A stretch of DNA of 64,000 nucleotides, from assembly GCF_001194135.2 (NCBI RefSeq), contig NC_068998.1, forward strand, positions 24,529,963 to 24,593,962. Reading direction: 5' to 3'. Shown one piece after another: positions 12,464 through 26,091 of the stretch; the stretch's first letter is position 1; the number at the start of each line of letters is the position of its first letter. Below the pieces are notes generated by a model. The model was not told where the DNA came from. It saw nothing but the letters and a program-made list of their open reading frames with translations, and made no database searches. The position numbers were made by a program, and so were the translations under genes. The stretch is from Octopus bimaculoides (lineage: Eukaryota).

Positions 12464-12670
12464 CATCATCATCATCATAATCTTTTAACGTCTGCTTTCC
12501 ATGCTAGCATGGGTTGGACGATTTGACTGAGGACTGGTGAACCGGATGGCTACACCAGGCTCCAATCTGATTTGGCAGAGTTTCTACAGCTGGACGCCCT
12601 TCCTAACGCCAACCACTCCAAGAGTGTAGTGGGTGCTTTTACATGCCACCGGCACGAAGGCCAGTCACGT
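12464..12670 (-). mobile_element. RTE LINE 3'UTR fragment, same family as 26091-26722
   Basis: Reverse complement of about 26530-26720 including the (CAT)n tail. Confidence 0.85.
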
Positions 12671-13167
12671 GGTAATAATTGTATATACATCTATATGGTG
12701 TGACATTTTTATCCATTTTAAAAAAGAAGCAGAATTTAATAGCATGTTGCCCTTTTCATATATGTTGGATTTACAACTGGTTACTCAGCAGTAAATTCCT
12801 TAGTATTAGTATAGGTAGCCTTTGATAATCTCATGCATTTACATCTTTCCCTTCTCTAAATTACAAAGAAAAGCTGTTTATTTATCTCTATCTGACTATC
12901 TATCTCACCTTTTTTCTTTATATGTGCATGTGTGTATATATACCTGCATGTATACATTAGTGTACTTTACTAAAGAAGACCACAAGTCAGATGGTAATGA
13001 AAACTGCATTATGGATCAAGTTTAGTGTCCAAGGAGAAGAACAGTTCCTCAGATTGATTTCCATATGCCAAGTTTTACGCATAAGGCTTGGGATGATCAG
13101 AGACTGTAGTGGGCAATGATTGCTAATCTGCTGTGCTGCTGGATCACAACAAACCAAAATCTGTAGC

Positions 13168-13617
13168 TTTTATCTTTTATCTGTTTCAGTCATTAGACCA
13201 TGGCCATGCTGGGGCACTGCCTTGAAGAACTTTTGGTTGAATGAATTGACCACAGTACTTATTTTTTGTGTTTTAAACCAACCTGGTACTTTTTCTATTA
13301 TTCTATTTTTTTCTAAACTGCTGAGTTACAGGGATGTAAACAAACAAATTCTGGTTGTCAAGAGGTGCTGGGGGACAAATGCAGAAACAAAGAGAGACAG
13401 ATGCATACACACACACACACATACATGTATGTGTGTGTGTGTGTGTGTGTGTTTGTGTGTGATGGACTTCTTTCAGTATCCATCTACCAAATCCACTCAG
13501 AAGGCTTTGGTCAGCCTGAGGCTATAGCAAAAGACACTTGTCGAAGGTGTCACACAGTGAGACTGAACCCGGAACAATGTGGTTAGAGAGCGAGCATTTC
13601 ACCACACAGCCACACCT
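13168..13617 (-). mobile_element. SINE family A, diverged
   Basis: Colinear homology to 15785-16199. Confidence 0.8.
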
Positions 13618-15784
13618 GGTTACACTTAAAAAAATAAACATAGATAACCTTATTTAGAGGCTACCACACCATTTTATGAAGAGCAATGAATACGTCTACA
13701 GTAAATCGTAAGCTCATACTCTAATAATACAGTATTTCTGTATTGGTTTAGTTAGTAAGAATGCTTTGTGTCTATGGCTTTCATAGCTTCTCCTTTTCCA
13801 TAGACAGTTGAGACTGCCGACGTTAACTCTTTAAGCATGACATTCTAATATTGTAACAACACAGTACAGCCCGATCAAGCTGACTGTAGCAATATATTAT
13901 AATACTCTCATACTAGCAATACTTTCAAAAGATAAATTACTTTCATATTGATTTTGCCAGAATATTTTATTATTGATTGATTACTTGCTTCTTTTTTTTT
14001 CTTTTTTTTTTCTTTTTTTCCACATAGAAATGAAAAGTTTAAGTCATCATAGATAATTTAATCTGCAATGTGATGTGGAATAAGATAAAAGATGTCTTTC
14101 CAATAAGATTTGCTAAACAAGATATGATCGATAATCATAGGATATAATTAAAGGTATTGAATTTCACAAACAGAGGAGTAAAGTATCAGCAAAAAGTTCA
14201 TAGGATTAATTGTAGAAATGAATAGAGAAGTGAATTCAATAGTTCATGTGAGTACCAAAGAGTTAATATAAGTATGAATATGTACTACCTGTTGAAGGAT
14301 ATATAGAAATCAAGACACAAATCATAAGTTAATGACAGAGGCTCTACACAAATCGATCTGATAAAAATAGCAGTCAATCACTCACTAAACTATAGCCTGC
14401 TGTCATTAAAACTGATATGATGAACAATATAACCTTGTCTGTGTTAATTTCAAAAATAACAGATGGTAATTATAACCTGAGTGATTTTGATCCTAGATCA
14501 ACAGTTCAATCAGAGTTGATTTGGAGTTAAACAGCAATAAATAACAATATAGGATATTGCAGTACATAGTAATTAATTAATTATATACATATGAGAAAAT
14601 ATTTCTAGCTTTTCTCTAAAACTGTATGGGGTTATAACCCCTGGTGCTTCAGGAATATTACATAACGCACTATAATGTATATGAATTAATTCCTAATAGA
14701 ATTAATTAATGTATAAATAATCAATACGATTAGTTTTAATTAATATATAAAATTAATTAATTTATATGTTCTATGTTGTGTTATATAATTTTCCTAAAAT
14801 ATGAAGCTTATTAAAACTAACTTTATTGGAATAATATTCCTTTGGTTAACTTCTCCATGCATTGTAGTAACGGTTGTAGTTAGAGATGTTTAAGTTGTAG
14901 TTAAATGTCACTGAGTTGACTATGATCAAAAGCAAACTAGCCATGACAGTCCCAACTTATTTTCAGGTATAGTCGACTTTGGACAACACTGTGTAGTGGT
15001 TGGTTTTATGTAAGACAGTAGGATATAGTTTTGGATACTATTTTCAGCAAATTAGATGCCACAGACTGCTCCATCAAAGGCTCACCTCATTTTTGAAGTT
15101 ATAAACTCCAAAACTATATCAGAGTCAGACTTGAAATACTTTCTTGAATTCTGATAACATAAAAATTATATTCCTTGCGCAAAAGGAATATGATCAATAC
15201 TTTTTTTTTATCTCCAAAAAGTGAAAATATAATCAAAAATATCTTCTTTCATCTTTTATCTTTTACCTGTTTCAGTTACTGGACTGTAGCCATGCTGGAG
15301 CATCGTCTTAAGGGTTCCTACCAAATAAATCAACCCCAGTACTTATTTTTGAGAAGTATGATTCTAATTTTATCAGACTCTTTTGCTGAACTGCTAAGTT
15401 ACAAGGACATAAACAAACCAACACTGGTTATCAAGTGTTGGTGGGGAAAACCACAGACTATTTTCTCTTTTTTCACATATCTCTAACAGAGTCTACTCTG
15501 TTACAAGCTTTCAGACTATTCTGATCTGTGGATGAATAACTTAATACTTTGATGTGGTGCTTTCTACTGCACTTTTGCTTGTATAGTAAGTACAAGTGCT
15601 TGTGAAAAGGTTCAGGTGGGATTGCTTGACTTCTAGATAGTAAAGGAACCTGATTCTATAATTCAGGCTTTGAAAAACTACCCCATTTCCTGTCAGGCTC
15701 ACTTCAGTGTCTATTTATGAAGATCAAAATAGTTGTATGCTGCAACATGTGATTAGTTGTTACTCTTTTATCTTTCTTCACTTA

Positions 15785-16199
15785 TTCTCTTTTACTCTCT
15801 TTTACTTGTTTCAGTCATTTTGACTGTGGCCATGCTGGAGCACCGCCTTTAGTCGAGCAAATCGACCCGAGGACTTAATTTTTGGAAGCCTAGTACTTAT
15901 TCTATCGGTCTCTTTTGCCGAACCGCTAAGTTACGAGGATGTAAACACACCAACATCAGTTGTCAAGCGATGTTGGGGGGGACAAACACAGACACGCAAA
16001 CATATACACACACATATATATATATATACATATATACGACAGGCTTCTTTCAGTTTCCGTCTACCAAATCCATTCACAAGGCTTTGGTCGGCCCAAGACT
16101 ATAGTAGAAGACACTTGCCCAAGGTGCCACGCAGTGGGACTGAACCCGGAACCATGTGGTTGGTAAGCAAGCTACTTACTACACAGCCACTCCTACGCC
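15785..16199 (-). mobile_element. SINE family A, full length
   Basis: Reverse complement of 8775-9206. Confidence 0.9.
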
Positions 16200-16664
16200 T
16201 ATTGTGAACATTTTGCGAACTTAATGGGTATCCCATTCTTTACTTATGAGTAAGCCATAATAACATACTGTATAAGCCAATTCAGTTTACTCATTGGAAT
16301 CAACTGAGTCTTCAATCACCATTATCAGTAGATGTTCAAATTTGATAATGGTTTCAAACTTTGGCACTAGGCCAAAATTTGATGTTAGGAGAGAGGGTAA
16401 GCGAATTACATCAACTCTAGTATTCACCTGGTACTTATTTTATTGACCCCAAAAGAATGAAAGACAAAGTTGACCTTGGTGGTATATTCAAATTTAATAA
16501 TGTAATGTAAAGTGTTAGTTTACATTGCTGCCACTTCTTGCTGTGGTGAAATTCACTATTCCATAGTAGTGAAAATGTACCAATAAGAGCCAAATGCAGC
16601 ATAATATATTAACTTCTGAACCTTCAGGTAGTAATCTGGAATTCTATTCACACACAAGAACATA

Positions 16665-16883
16665 TTAACCCTTTAGTATTCAGATTAATCTATGAAATGT
16701 GAAACTTATTTATTCACAATTACTCATGCATTATCATATAGATTCAGGATTTCAATGATGTGATTGTTTATTTTCAGAATGACATTGTAGAATAGGTGTA
16801 AGAGGCCAGATCTGGCTGGATTGAACATAAAACCAGTATAACATTTGGGCTGGATATGTCTGGTCTAATTGCTAAAGAGTAAA
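16665..16883. mobile_element. piggyBac-like MITE copy (empty site)
   Basis: Same sequence family, starts TTAACCCTTTAG. Confidence 0.7.
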
Positions 16884-17171
16884 ATATGATATGCATACAC
16901 TGAAACTTTTGGAACAACTTTTTCCGTAAACATTTACATAATTCCAATTATTTCTCCTGGTACATTCTGTCAAAGAGAGGATTAGTCTTTCATATAGATT
17001 TTTTAAGGCAGTTTTGCATGTGATATTTTTTATGCTACTATATTCCCCAGGGCTGAATTATTATGCAAATTTCTTTACTGGAGATGTCTTAGTGTTTCAT
17101 GTTACTTTTCTTGATATTAATTAAACAGTAAGATTAAATAAAGGTTATTTCTCGTCTCTTTCTTATTTTAG

Positions 17172-17206
17172 TTCTGCTGACTGACAATCAAACATTTTGC
17201 CAAGAG
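17172..17206 (+). CDS. Candidate 35-nt exon C ((V)LLTDNQTFCQE)
   Basis: Acceptor tttcttattttag, donor GAG|GTAAAT; phase 1 in and phase 0 out. Confidence 0.4.
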
Positions 17207-18369
17207 GTAAATGGAATAAATGCTAGTGACTAAGTTTAAAGTCATGACCTTGTTGAGGACAACCTACCACTCTACCCACATACCTAGTAACACTGCAGGA
17301 ATATAATTGTTACATGTCTTGGTTATTTCAGAATCTTTAGGCATGTAGTTGAGTTACAGTTCAACTGTGAAATTAATTTTCTTAGCTTTTATTTTTAATT
17401 TTGTTCTTAAACATACAAGCAATGAAATAATTAAAAATAATTGGAGAATTAAAAAAAAGCAATGTAGCAATCAATGTTTAAAAAAATATATATATTACAC
17501 TGTAATATAAAGTCTTCTTCCAAATGATATATTTAGCAATCTTATTCAGGTTTTGTCAGGTTTGAAGGATTATTTCTATTAATTTCACTTTCTCATTTAT
17601 TGAATAAATCTCTATCTTGTTGCCTAGCATAGTGGCAGAGATAATATAAAATAATTTTTAGCCTATGTAATTGAGAACAACCATCCATACTTGATTAATT
17701 TCATAAATTATTTATTTGCCAATCCATTATTTGCATTATTTCCTTTAGCATAATTTTTTTTTAATGCAACCTTTTGTCCCTAGAATTATTCCTAACCTTC
17801 ATCTGAGCATAGAAACTGGTATTGATCAAACATGTTCGTGTTGTCTATTCTTCACTGATGAGGTCTAATGAAAATGAATCAGGTCTATTGTTGTCACCAT
17901 TCCCACTAATAAACCTAAGGGTTTCCTTTAAGTATGAGAGTTGTGTTTTTAATTTGTTCCTATTCCATGGAAATTATCTACCTTCCTATTTGTGATCCAC
18001 TAACAAATACAGCTGTTTTTTCTCTCTTTATTTTCTCCAGCTAATCTTTTATCTTTTACCTATTTCAGTTATTAGACTGCAGCCATGCTGGAGCACCACC
18101 TCGAATTTGTACATTCAATGCTTCCTCACTGACATGCCGGTGAGCTGGTATGACATGGGCATACAAAAACTGCTTCAGTGCCTACAAATATGCATTGACC
18201 AAAATGGCAATTATGTAGAAAAATAGATAAATGCTCAAACTTTAAAATGATGTAAACATCATTGACAATAAACGTTTCTGGGACTTCTAAATATTTTTGG
18301 AGACCTTACTTTTGGGATTACCCTCATATATATATATATTTAAAGCTGCAAAATTATCACAGAACTGGG

Positions 18370-18697
18370 ATAATTTCATGCATATGTATGTATGTAAGAG
18401 TACATATATGTTCATGTACATGTATGTATGTAAGAATGGTGTGTATGAGTATGTGTGAATGGGTACAAGTGCATGTGAGTGTTTGTGTGTTTAAGCTTAA
18501 AATTATGAGAGCTTGTGTGTTCATATAGGAGTGTGTTTGAATGTATGTGTATAAGTAAGCTGGTGTGTGTGCTGTGTAGTGTGATGTGTGTTCTGTGTAT
18601 TTATGTGTGCGGATGTGTGTATATGTGTGAGAGCGCAAGAGACTGTATATAGTATATGTGTATGATGCTGTGTATAATGCGTGTGTGTGATGCTATC

Positions 18698-18744
<47 letters not shown>

Positions 18745-19090
18745 CGTGTGCAAACACTTGTATTTAGGAATAAATGTATTCTTGTCTGAGTGGTGGGTGC
18801 ACATGTGCATGTGTGTGTTTGTGTATGAAGTGTGTGTTTGCTCCTTAAGTGTATGTGTGACCCTTTTAGTGTGCATATGTATTGTGCATGTTCATGTGTG
18901 CAAGTTGTATATGTGTTGTATGTTTGTGTGTATGTTATCTACACATTTATAAATGCGTATATATATGTATAAATTTCCACATATATAAATGTATATATGT
19001 TACATCTATACTTATGTGAATACGTATTTATAGATGAATGTAGATTGATTAACCTGTATACTTAAGTTTCATGTATGTGCCTCTGTATAT
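18370..19090 (+). repeat. Long degenerate (TG)/(TATG) compound microsatellite
   Basis: Directly visible low-complexity tract. Confidence 0.9.
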
Positions 19091-19387
19091 TTATGAATAT
19101 GTTTATCACACTTAGTTTTCTTGTAACCTTTTGCATAATGGGTCTTCAATTTGTTGCTATTCTGTTTCTCTGTTTACTACAATTCACTTTAAATGCCTTA
19201 TGGCTTTATTGCCTGCTGGAAAAGTATATTCTTATGCAATCTGATAAGTGAGTGTTTTGGTTGAATTCTTGGTGTGATACCTGAACTTTATATTTTAATT
19301 TTTATTTCTTTAGCATTTTTTTTAAAATTCTCTATCTTTCATACTACATAAGAGGAAATTAGAATTCTTGTTAATATATTTTAATAT

Positions 19388-19456
19388 ATTTCCTGATGAA
19401 GTGGGTCTGATACAATTGTGTTGTCATGTAAGAATTATTGAAACATACGTAGGGAT
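19388..19456 (+). ncRNA. Decayed type I hammerhead motif
   Basis: AUUUC CUGAUGA AGUGGGUCU...AGAAUUAUU GAAAC AUAC GUA GGGAU; core intact, stems rely on many G-U pairs. Confidence 0.42.
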
Positions 19457-19556
19457 GAAATATAATTCCAGCTTTGGAAAAACTCAAGGTAAACTGTCAT
19501 TTTTTAATACAATAAATATAAATATTTGTTTGTATATAAGTGTATGCATAATGTTT

Positions 19557-19621
<65 letters not shown>

Positions 19622-20437
19622 TGATCTATCGTTTCATGTATATATGCGTGTGTTTTTATAGTTATATATATGTGCATATATATCATGTATAAGTATATGA
19701 TATATACATATATATATATATGAGGTGTATACACACATACATACACACACACCTATATACATATTTGTACACACACATACATATATATATATATATTTCA
19801 ATCAAACCGTTTCTTTCAGGAATTTGCTCATTTCAGCTAAGTTCTTACAACAATATTCCCAACATTATTTTTCCATGGCCCCTGTTGTAGCCAGTTGTTG
19901 TTCATCCTTCTTTGTATAGGATGCAATTATTGATAGGCTGCAATTATTGATGAGATTATTAAGCAGGCTCCAGTCTAGCTAATCTTTGAAGAAATAATTA
20001 ATCAAGGTAAGCGTTTGCAATCTTGTTCTAACTTTGTGAAGTGGAAGGAATGGTGTGATGGCTGGATACTGATAGTCAGAGTTCCTCTGAGTAGGATATG
20101 TTAGAAATCCTAGAGATTTGAAGAGAACACTAAAAAAATGTCCAAGATAATGTGGAGATGACATAAAGTATTCAGGCACAGATGGAAGAGAAAGATACAG
20201 TCAAGAGAAGAATGGAAGTTGATAGTGACCACTGGCATACAAGATATCTCAAAGTCTGATTGATACGACAAATAAAGTAAAGATATACACGCACATACAC
20301 ATACCTACATATGCTCACACATACACAAATTTGCATATATATATATGTGAATGTAAATATAAACACATATATATATATGTACGTATGCATGTATATATAT
20401 GTGTGTATGTATATATATGTATGTGTGCATATATGTG

Positions 20438-20481
<44 letters not shown>

Positions 20482-20584
20482 TAATATTAGGGACAAAATC
20501 CAAAATTACAGGTAAAAACTCAATTAAAGTCAATTTATAAAAAATCAAAATTAAATTGAGCTCTATAGATAAAATATATATAAA

Positions 20585-20802
20585 ATATATAGTTTTAGGG
20601 AAAATAACCAAGTATCAAGAACTCATCGATGAAAATCACATATAGAAAAATCACATATAAAAATTAACAAGTAAATATGATATTTACTTTGCTTTATATT
20701 ATACTCATTTATTGTGCTTTTAATTGTTAATTTTTCTATATGTGATAGTGGATCTTCATCGATGAGTTCTCGATACTTGGTTATTTTCCCTAAAATTATA
20801 TA
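20585..20802. repeat. Inverted repeat of about 80-bp arms from a PLE-like coding fragment
   Basis: Arms 20585-20670 and 20724-20802 are reverse complements; minus strand reads KYRELIDEDPLSHIEKL. Confidence 0.65.
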
Positions 20803-20953
20803 TTGTATATACATATATAGGCGTAGGAGTGGCTGTGTGGTAAGTAGCTTGCTNNNNNNNNNNNNNNNNNNNNNNNNNNNNNNNNNNNNNNNNNNNNNNN
20901 NNNNNNNNNNNNNNNNNNNNNNNNNNNNNNNNNNNNNNNNNNNNNNNNNNNNN

Positions 20954-20984
<31 letters not shown>

Positions 20985-20999
20985 ATGCATCGGGCATAA

Positions 21000-21880
21000 C
21001 TATTTGCAAATATCCTAACAGAGTTGTGAAAACTCTGTTGCTTGAGGGTCTACAATCAGTGAATTATCTTCTTTGAATAGTGGTCCTATCTTTTGCAAAT
21101 CGATAGAAGGCTTTAGGGTTTGTCTTTACATTTTTACAGCTCTGATTTCTTTCTCTTTGATATCCTTTTCATGGGAATGTTCAAGTTCACTTTCAATATC
21201 AAGTTGTATTGTTTTGAGATAGGATTCTTTGCGATCTTTTAGTAGCTCAATTTTGATGGTTTGAGGTTTCTTCTCGTCATTTCATTTTGTTTTATGACTA
21301 CTTTCTGAATACCCTGCCAATCAGCTTTATGAAAGTTCATGGAAAGGAATTGGGTGCTTCTAATACCATACATATCTGCAGTTGTCTATAGATTATACAT
21401 TGCTAGTTCTATTAAGAGAAAATAGTTGGTGTCACCTTAATATCATGGATGAGTGCTATGTTATTTGTGAAGCAGTGTCTAGAGAACTTTTACTCCTCAT
21501 TAGGTGGAGCACTATTTACTCCATAAAGAGCATGTTTGTGAGGTAGAGAGAGATTTTGCTTACCACTGTTCATATAGTGACATACCTACATGCCTAAGAG
21601 GAGTCAGCCCTCAGGCCATTCAATATTAAGGAAGTTGAAGTGTCCTAGAAGAAACATGTGAATGCAGTCATTTAGGTTGGTTAATACTTTTTCCAGCTTC
21701 TTGAGGTTTTTTTCATATGTGAACCTATACTTTTTTCCTCATCTGGTGGGTGATATATAGAACATACTACCATCTTGATTTGATTGATGTGTACTATAAG
21801 AGTGTCACAAATTGAGTTTGAGCGCAAAAGTAAGGCTACAGGTGGGAAATCTTCCTGGATATACATTGTAACCCACCATG
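21000..21880 (-). mobile_element. Decayed LINE ORF2 AP-endonuclease and linker
   Basis: VVCSIYHPP, LLGHFNFLNIEW (GDFN-like), LDTASQIT region, IGPLFKEDNSLIVDP. Confidence 0.7.
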
Positions 21881-22375
21881 ATATCTTTTTCTTCTGTCAG
21901 TTCGAAATACAACTTGTATATACATATATACACATGCATATACTTGCAGATGCACATACATACATACAAACACACAGATTCACACACACATATACCTGTA
22001 TTTGCATGCTGTGTGTGTGAGAGAGTGTATGTATGTTTGCTTGCGTGTGTGTGGGGGGGGTGAGAGAGAGAAAGAGAGAGAATATAATATAGTTGTGCTT
22101 GGGAGTTAATGACATTCATTGTTGCTTGAAATGCATTTACTGTTAATCAACACTCTGATTGATTCAAGTTGTTATTCAGGAAAAATATCGATATCCTTTT
22201 GATGGACAAATTGTATAGTGAGTCTTTCATGTTGTTCATTGTATATTCTGCTCCATTAATCCTCTACTGTTACCTTTATAAATGTTTGAAGTGTGTCTTC
22301 AGACTGAATTTTGCTATTCCTGTTTCGTTAGCTGAATAGCTCTCCTCTATATACAACTCATGTTCACATTTGCAG

Positions 22376-22454
22376 GAAAAACAATTCAGTGATGATATGG
22401 ATTCTATCAACTCCATCCTTGGTGAAAATAAAGCTCTTTTGAATCTGAAACCTT
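22376..22454 (+). CDS. Candidate 79-nt exon D (EKQFSDDMDSINSILGENKALLNLKP)
   Basis: Acceptor cacatttgcag, donor T|GTGAGT; only the phase-0 frame is open. Confidence 0.5.
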
Positions 22455-22984
22455 GTGAGTAAAGTGTAAATTTTTTTTTATATATTATACAGGGGGCAAT
22501 GAATTTGCAATGGTAACTGAGAATATACCACTATAAACTTCTTTATGTGTATTCACTATAGAACTACATCAGCAGCTGTTTAATGATTTTTGTTGAACTG
22601 CAATGATACTGTTCTTCAAAGTTACATAACATTCATTTATTATAATTTCACTGACAGGCAGTGAGTCTGCAGGATTGTTGAATCTTTGAACAAAATTTCT
22701 GCTTAAATTATGCAAATTATCTAGGCCATAAATGTATTATTATTATTTTTTTTTTGTATAAGACTAAGTCCCTTGGCTACTGCATATAAGGTTGGTCAAT
22801 TATCATGCTGATGGCTACTGCTGAGTAAGACACACATGGTAACGACTGTCCTCTTATCACCAAGTTTTGATTCTTGAGATTATTTCCCCTTCTCAGGCAG
22901 AGTTGGTCTTTACTACCATTGGGTAATTATGACATCTAATATAGGTAGAGATAATAAATAAATAAATAAAAAATCATGTTGTAA

Positions 22985-23222
22985 GTTATTTGCACTGGGC
23001 TCACAATCATAATGTAGTGAGATCAATTCTCAGACCAGGCTGTGTGTTATGTTCTTGAGCAAGACACTTTATTTCGTGTTACTCCAGGTCACTGAACTGC
23101 AGAAATGAGCATGAGTGACTGCTGGTCTTTCACAAACAATCTTGCTTGGACTTGTGCATCGGAGGGGAACTGTCTAGGTGCAATCCCATGGTCATTCATG
23201 ACTGAAGGGGGTCTTTATCCTA
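22985..23222 (+). mobile_element. SINE family C with an internal deletion
   Basis: Head and tail match 1416-1768; about 100 nt missing from the middle. Confidence 0.75.
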
Positions 23223-23575
23223 AGCTATTTGATATACCTGTATTTCTCTATGTACACACATATATACAATATATTAAGATTTCACTTATGCATAAGGATT
23301 CTAATAACCTAGTGTTAGGATGCAATAAACATATGCTTCAGAATAAAGTGTTAGTATAGTACTGAGAGTATTATGAAATTAAATATATAACCAGGCAATA
23401 AGAATTTCGAAATATACTTCATTAGCTTACAGTTGTTTCAGCAGTGCACTCAGAGTTGAGAGCTTGTGCATTGCATCCCCTCATGCATTCCTATAATGAA
23501 GTTGATTATGTAATTTTAGTTCCCTTGTCATTGATCTAATTTCCTATTACTGTCAGTACTTGCTTCATGCCTTGT

Positions 23576-23606
<31 letters not shown>

Positions 23607-24832
23607 CTTATATCTATATACACTGGCCTGGGAGTGAAGTTTGCTTTGCGGGTGCAAACTCAGATCCAAATTTTTTTTACAAACAAGGCCAATCTTTTTC
23701 AGTTTTAACATCAAAACAAACACAGGCCTAATAATATTATTTTATTATTATACTAGCAGCTAAGCCCGGTTCCACCCGGTCAGTTTGGCTGATGTGGTTG
23801 TAAAACCTGCTCTGTGTAAGCATTTAACTTGTTTGGGCATGCTTACGTTAAAAAACAATTTTAGAATGATATATTTCTGTCAAAATGCTAAAAATAACTG
23901 ACCAACAAAAAAAAAAAAAAAAAATTCAACCAAATGAAAAGATAAACCCAAATACTAAGCGAACAAAGATGAACCATTCCACTTCCATTGTGCGTGCATG
24001 CTCACACACACATATACCCCCCTTTACATACACACACATATATTCACACATAGTTGAAATGCTGTTGATTTATTTTTTCAGCGTACAATTTTCATCATCC
24101 CACTACCAAGTATGACATCACCCCTTCCTTTCTCATTCATAAACTCAAGAGTATTGTTTTAATAGATTATCTTGGTAACCATGGAAGCTATGAAGAAAAT
24201 ACAAAGCCCAGCATCACCACCAGATCATTCTATACATCTGTGTAATGTTTCGCACAATTCCATCCAGCTGTTCGACCATGAATCCCAAGACAAGAAAGAA
24301 TTGCTCATGTCAAATTTATATGTATAGATATGAAAAAGTAAAGTTTCAAATAATTCCAAAAATTTCTCTATTCTCACTCGTTTTGGCGATGAAGTTTTCC
24401 GAGAGGACATCCAAAGAGTTTTCATTGCACAAGATTTTATGTACATGCATTACAACAGAGTGTGTCATTGTGGTATGGAGTCAGGTCTTCAAACAGTGAA
24501 GTGTACTGAACATATTCTCGCTTGATGCAACAGACACAGGCTTGCAACATGAAGATGGCTCCTGATTATGGAATTTAATTGGTCATCAATAATTGTTCTA
24601 GTGTTAAAGAGTGACTTCCATTGCTGATCTTGTTGTTGCTATTGTGTAATTGTGGTAAGGGTGATAGCAGTAGAACATGATGACAATGATGACGATGGGT
24701 CAATTGTGGTATTCTGAGGAAATGAGGAAGTGGATAGCTGAACTGTGAAGGGCTGTTGATTTTAGAGTTTAATAGTTCATTAATTGTTCATTAATTGAAG
24801 AGTGGCCATGGTTGTTACTGTTGTTATATATA

Positions 24833-26055
24833 CACAGACATGAGAGAAGTAAATAGACACCCTTATAATCGTTAAAATTTATTTAAATCTGAAATTATAC
24901 ATTCAAATTATTTATTAATTATTATAATGTGAATATCTAATACTTCGTAGACATGCCGTTTGCATTTTTCAATGTAAGGACCCTATTAGGCATGCTCCTG
25001 ATCAGGTGACAAATATTCTCTTGAGGAATTTCTTGCCAAATTTCATGCAGTAATCTCAAAAGATCAGACTTTGAAGATGCTTTCTTGTTCTTTTTATGAA
25101 GTGTCCTGTCCATTATGCCCCAGAGGCATTCAATAGGGTTCATATCTTGTGACTGACTATGGAAGCTTTTTAATGTCATTCTCTTCCAACCAATCTTGAA
25201 TCATTTTAGCTGTGTGACAAGGAGCCCCATTTTCCATAAATAGTCTTCTTTAATCCTTTCACCACTAGAGAAGATTGGAAGGAGTCCTTTCTGCAATATG
25301 TACACATGATTATCTGAGTTTATGTTTCCTTTACACTCCACCAGCTCTGATCAACCAACCATTGCTCCAAATTGCTCTCCAGACCATCACAAAATAGCTG
25401 CCATGTTTCATTGTGGGCTGCAATCTTTTCACATCAAATTCTGATCACAGAGTCTTCAGGTCCACATTCAAACATTGTCAGAAAATACAACAAATCTGGA
25501 CTTATCAAAGAATATGACAGTGTCCCAAAATGCTAGTGGTCTCTCCACCATCTCACTGGCCCAATCTTTTCTCCTCTTGATATTGACTGGCTGAAGAAGT
25601 GGCTTCCTTCTTGCTGATCTGCCATAGTAGCCAAGTTTGTGCAGATACCTGACAGTTGTTTTGGGACTGACATCAACTTGTTCTGCTATGTTAGAGGCCT
25701 TGCAATGAGGATTATCTTCTTTACAGAGCGATGAGTCCAGTCAGAGGGTTCTGGTCGACGTGGGTGAGGTGATGTGAACTCCCTCCCCTCTCTGGTGAAT
25801 TGCACAATCACTTTATTAACTGTAGAAAGCGGGATCCCAAGGTTTTCTGTGATTTTACTCAGTGTCCACCTTCAATTTGACCCACATTACAGCTCGTTTG
25901 AAATTCGGACAGTTCCAAGGCTTCTTTTGCATGTGATATGATTAAACAGTCACATATACAAACTGAAACATAAAAATGTCAATTAATAAGAAATATAAAC
26001 CTTTTCAAGTTAACATAAACCTAAAACAGCTCAATTTACTTTTGTCATGTTTGTG

Positions 26056-26057
<2 letters not shown>
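24833..26057 (-). mobile_element. Near full-length decayed Tc1 element (transposase about 25932 to 24937)
   Basis: SQSQDMNPIECLW...SMPNR...GMSTKY C-terminus; [18 protein letters not shown] near the 5' end; degenerate TIRs (cacagacatgagagaagtaaat and its inverse) flanked by TA. Confidence 0.88.

Positions 26058-26090
<33 letters not shown>

Positions 26091-26091
<1 letters not shown>

Noticed and set aside
17857-17895. CTGATGAGGTCTAATGAAA
   Set aside because: No stem II or stem I pairing; a chance match
19452-19487. Possible exon ending CAAG|GTAAAC
   Set aside because: Weak acceptor, phase 1-1 is incompatible with flanking exons C and D, and it overlaps the fossil hammerhead
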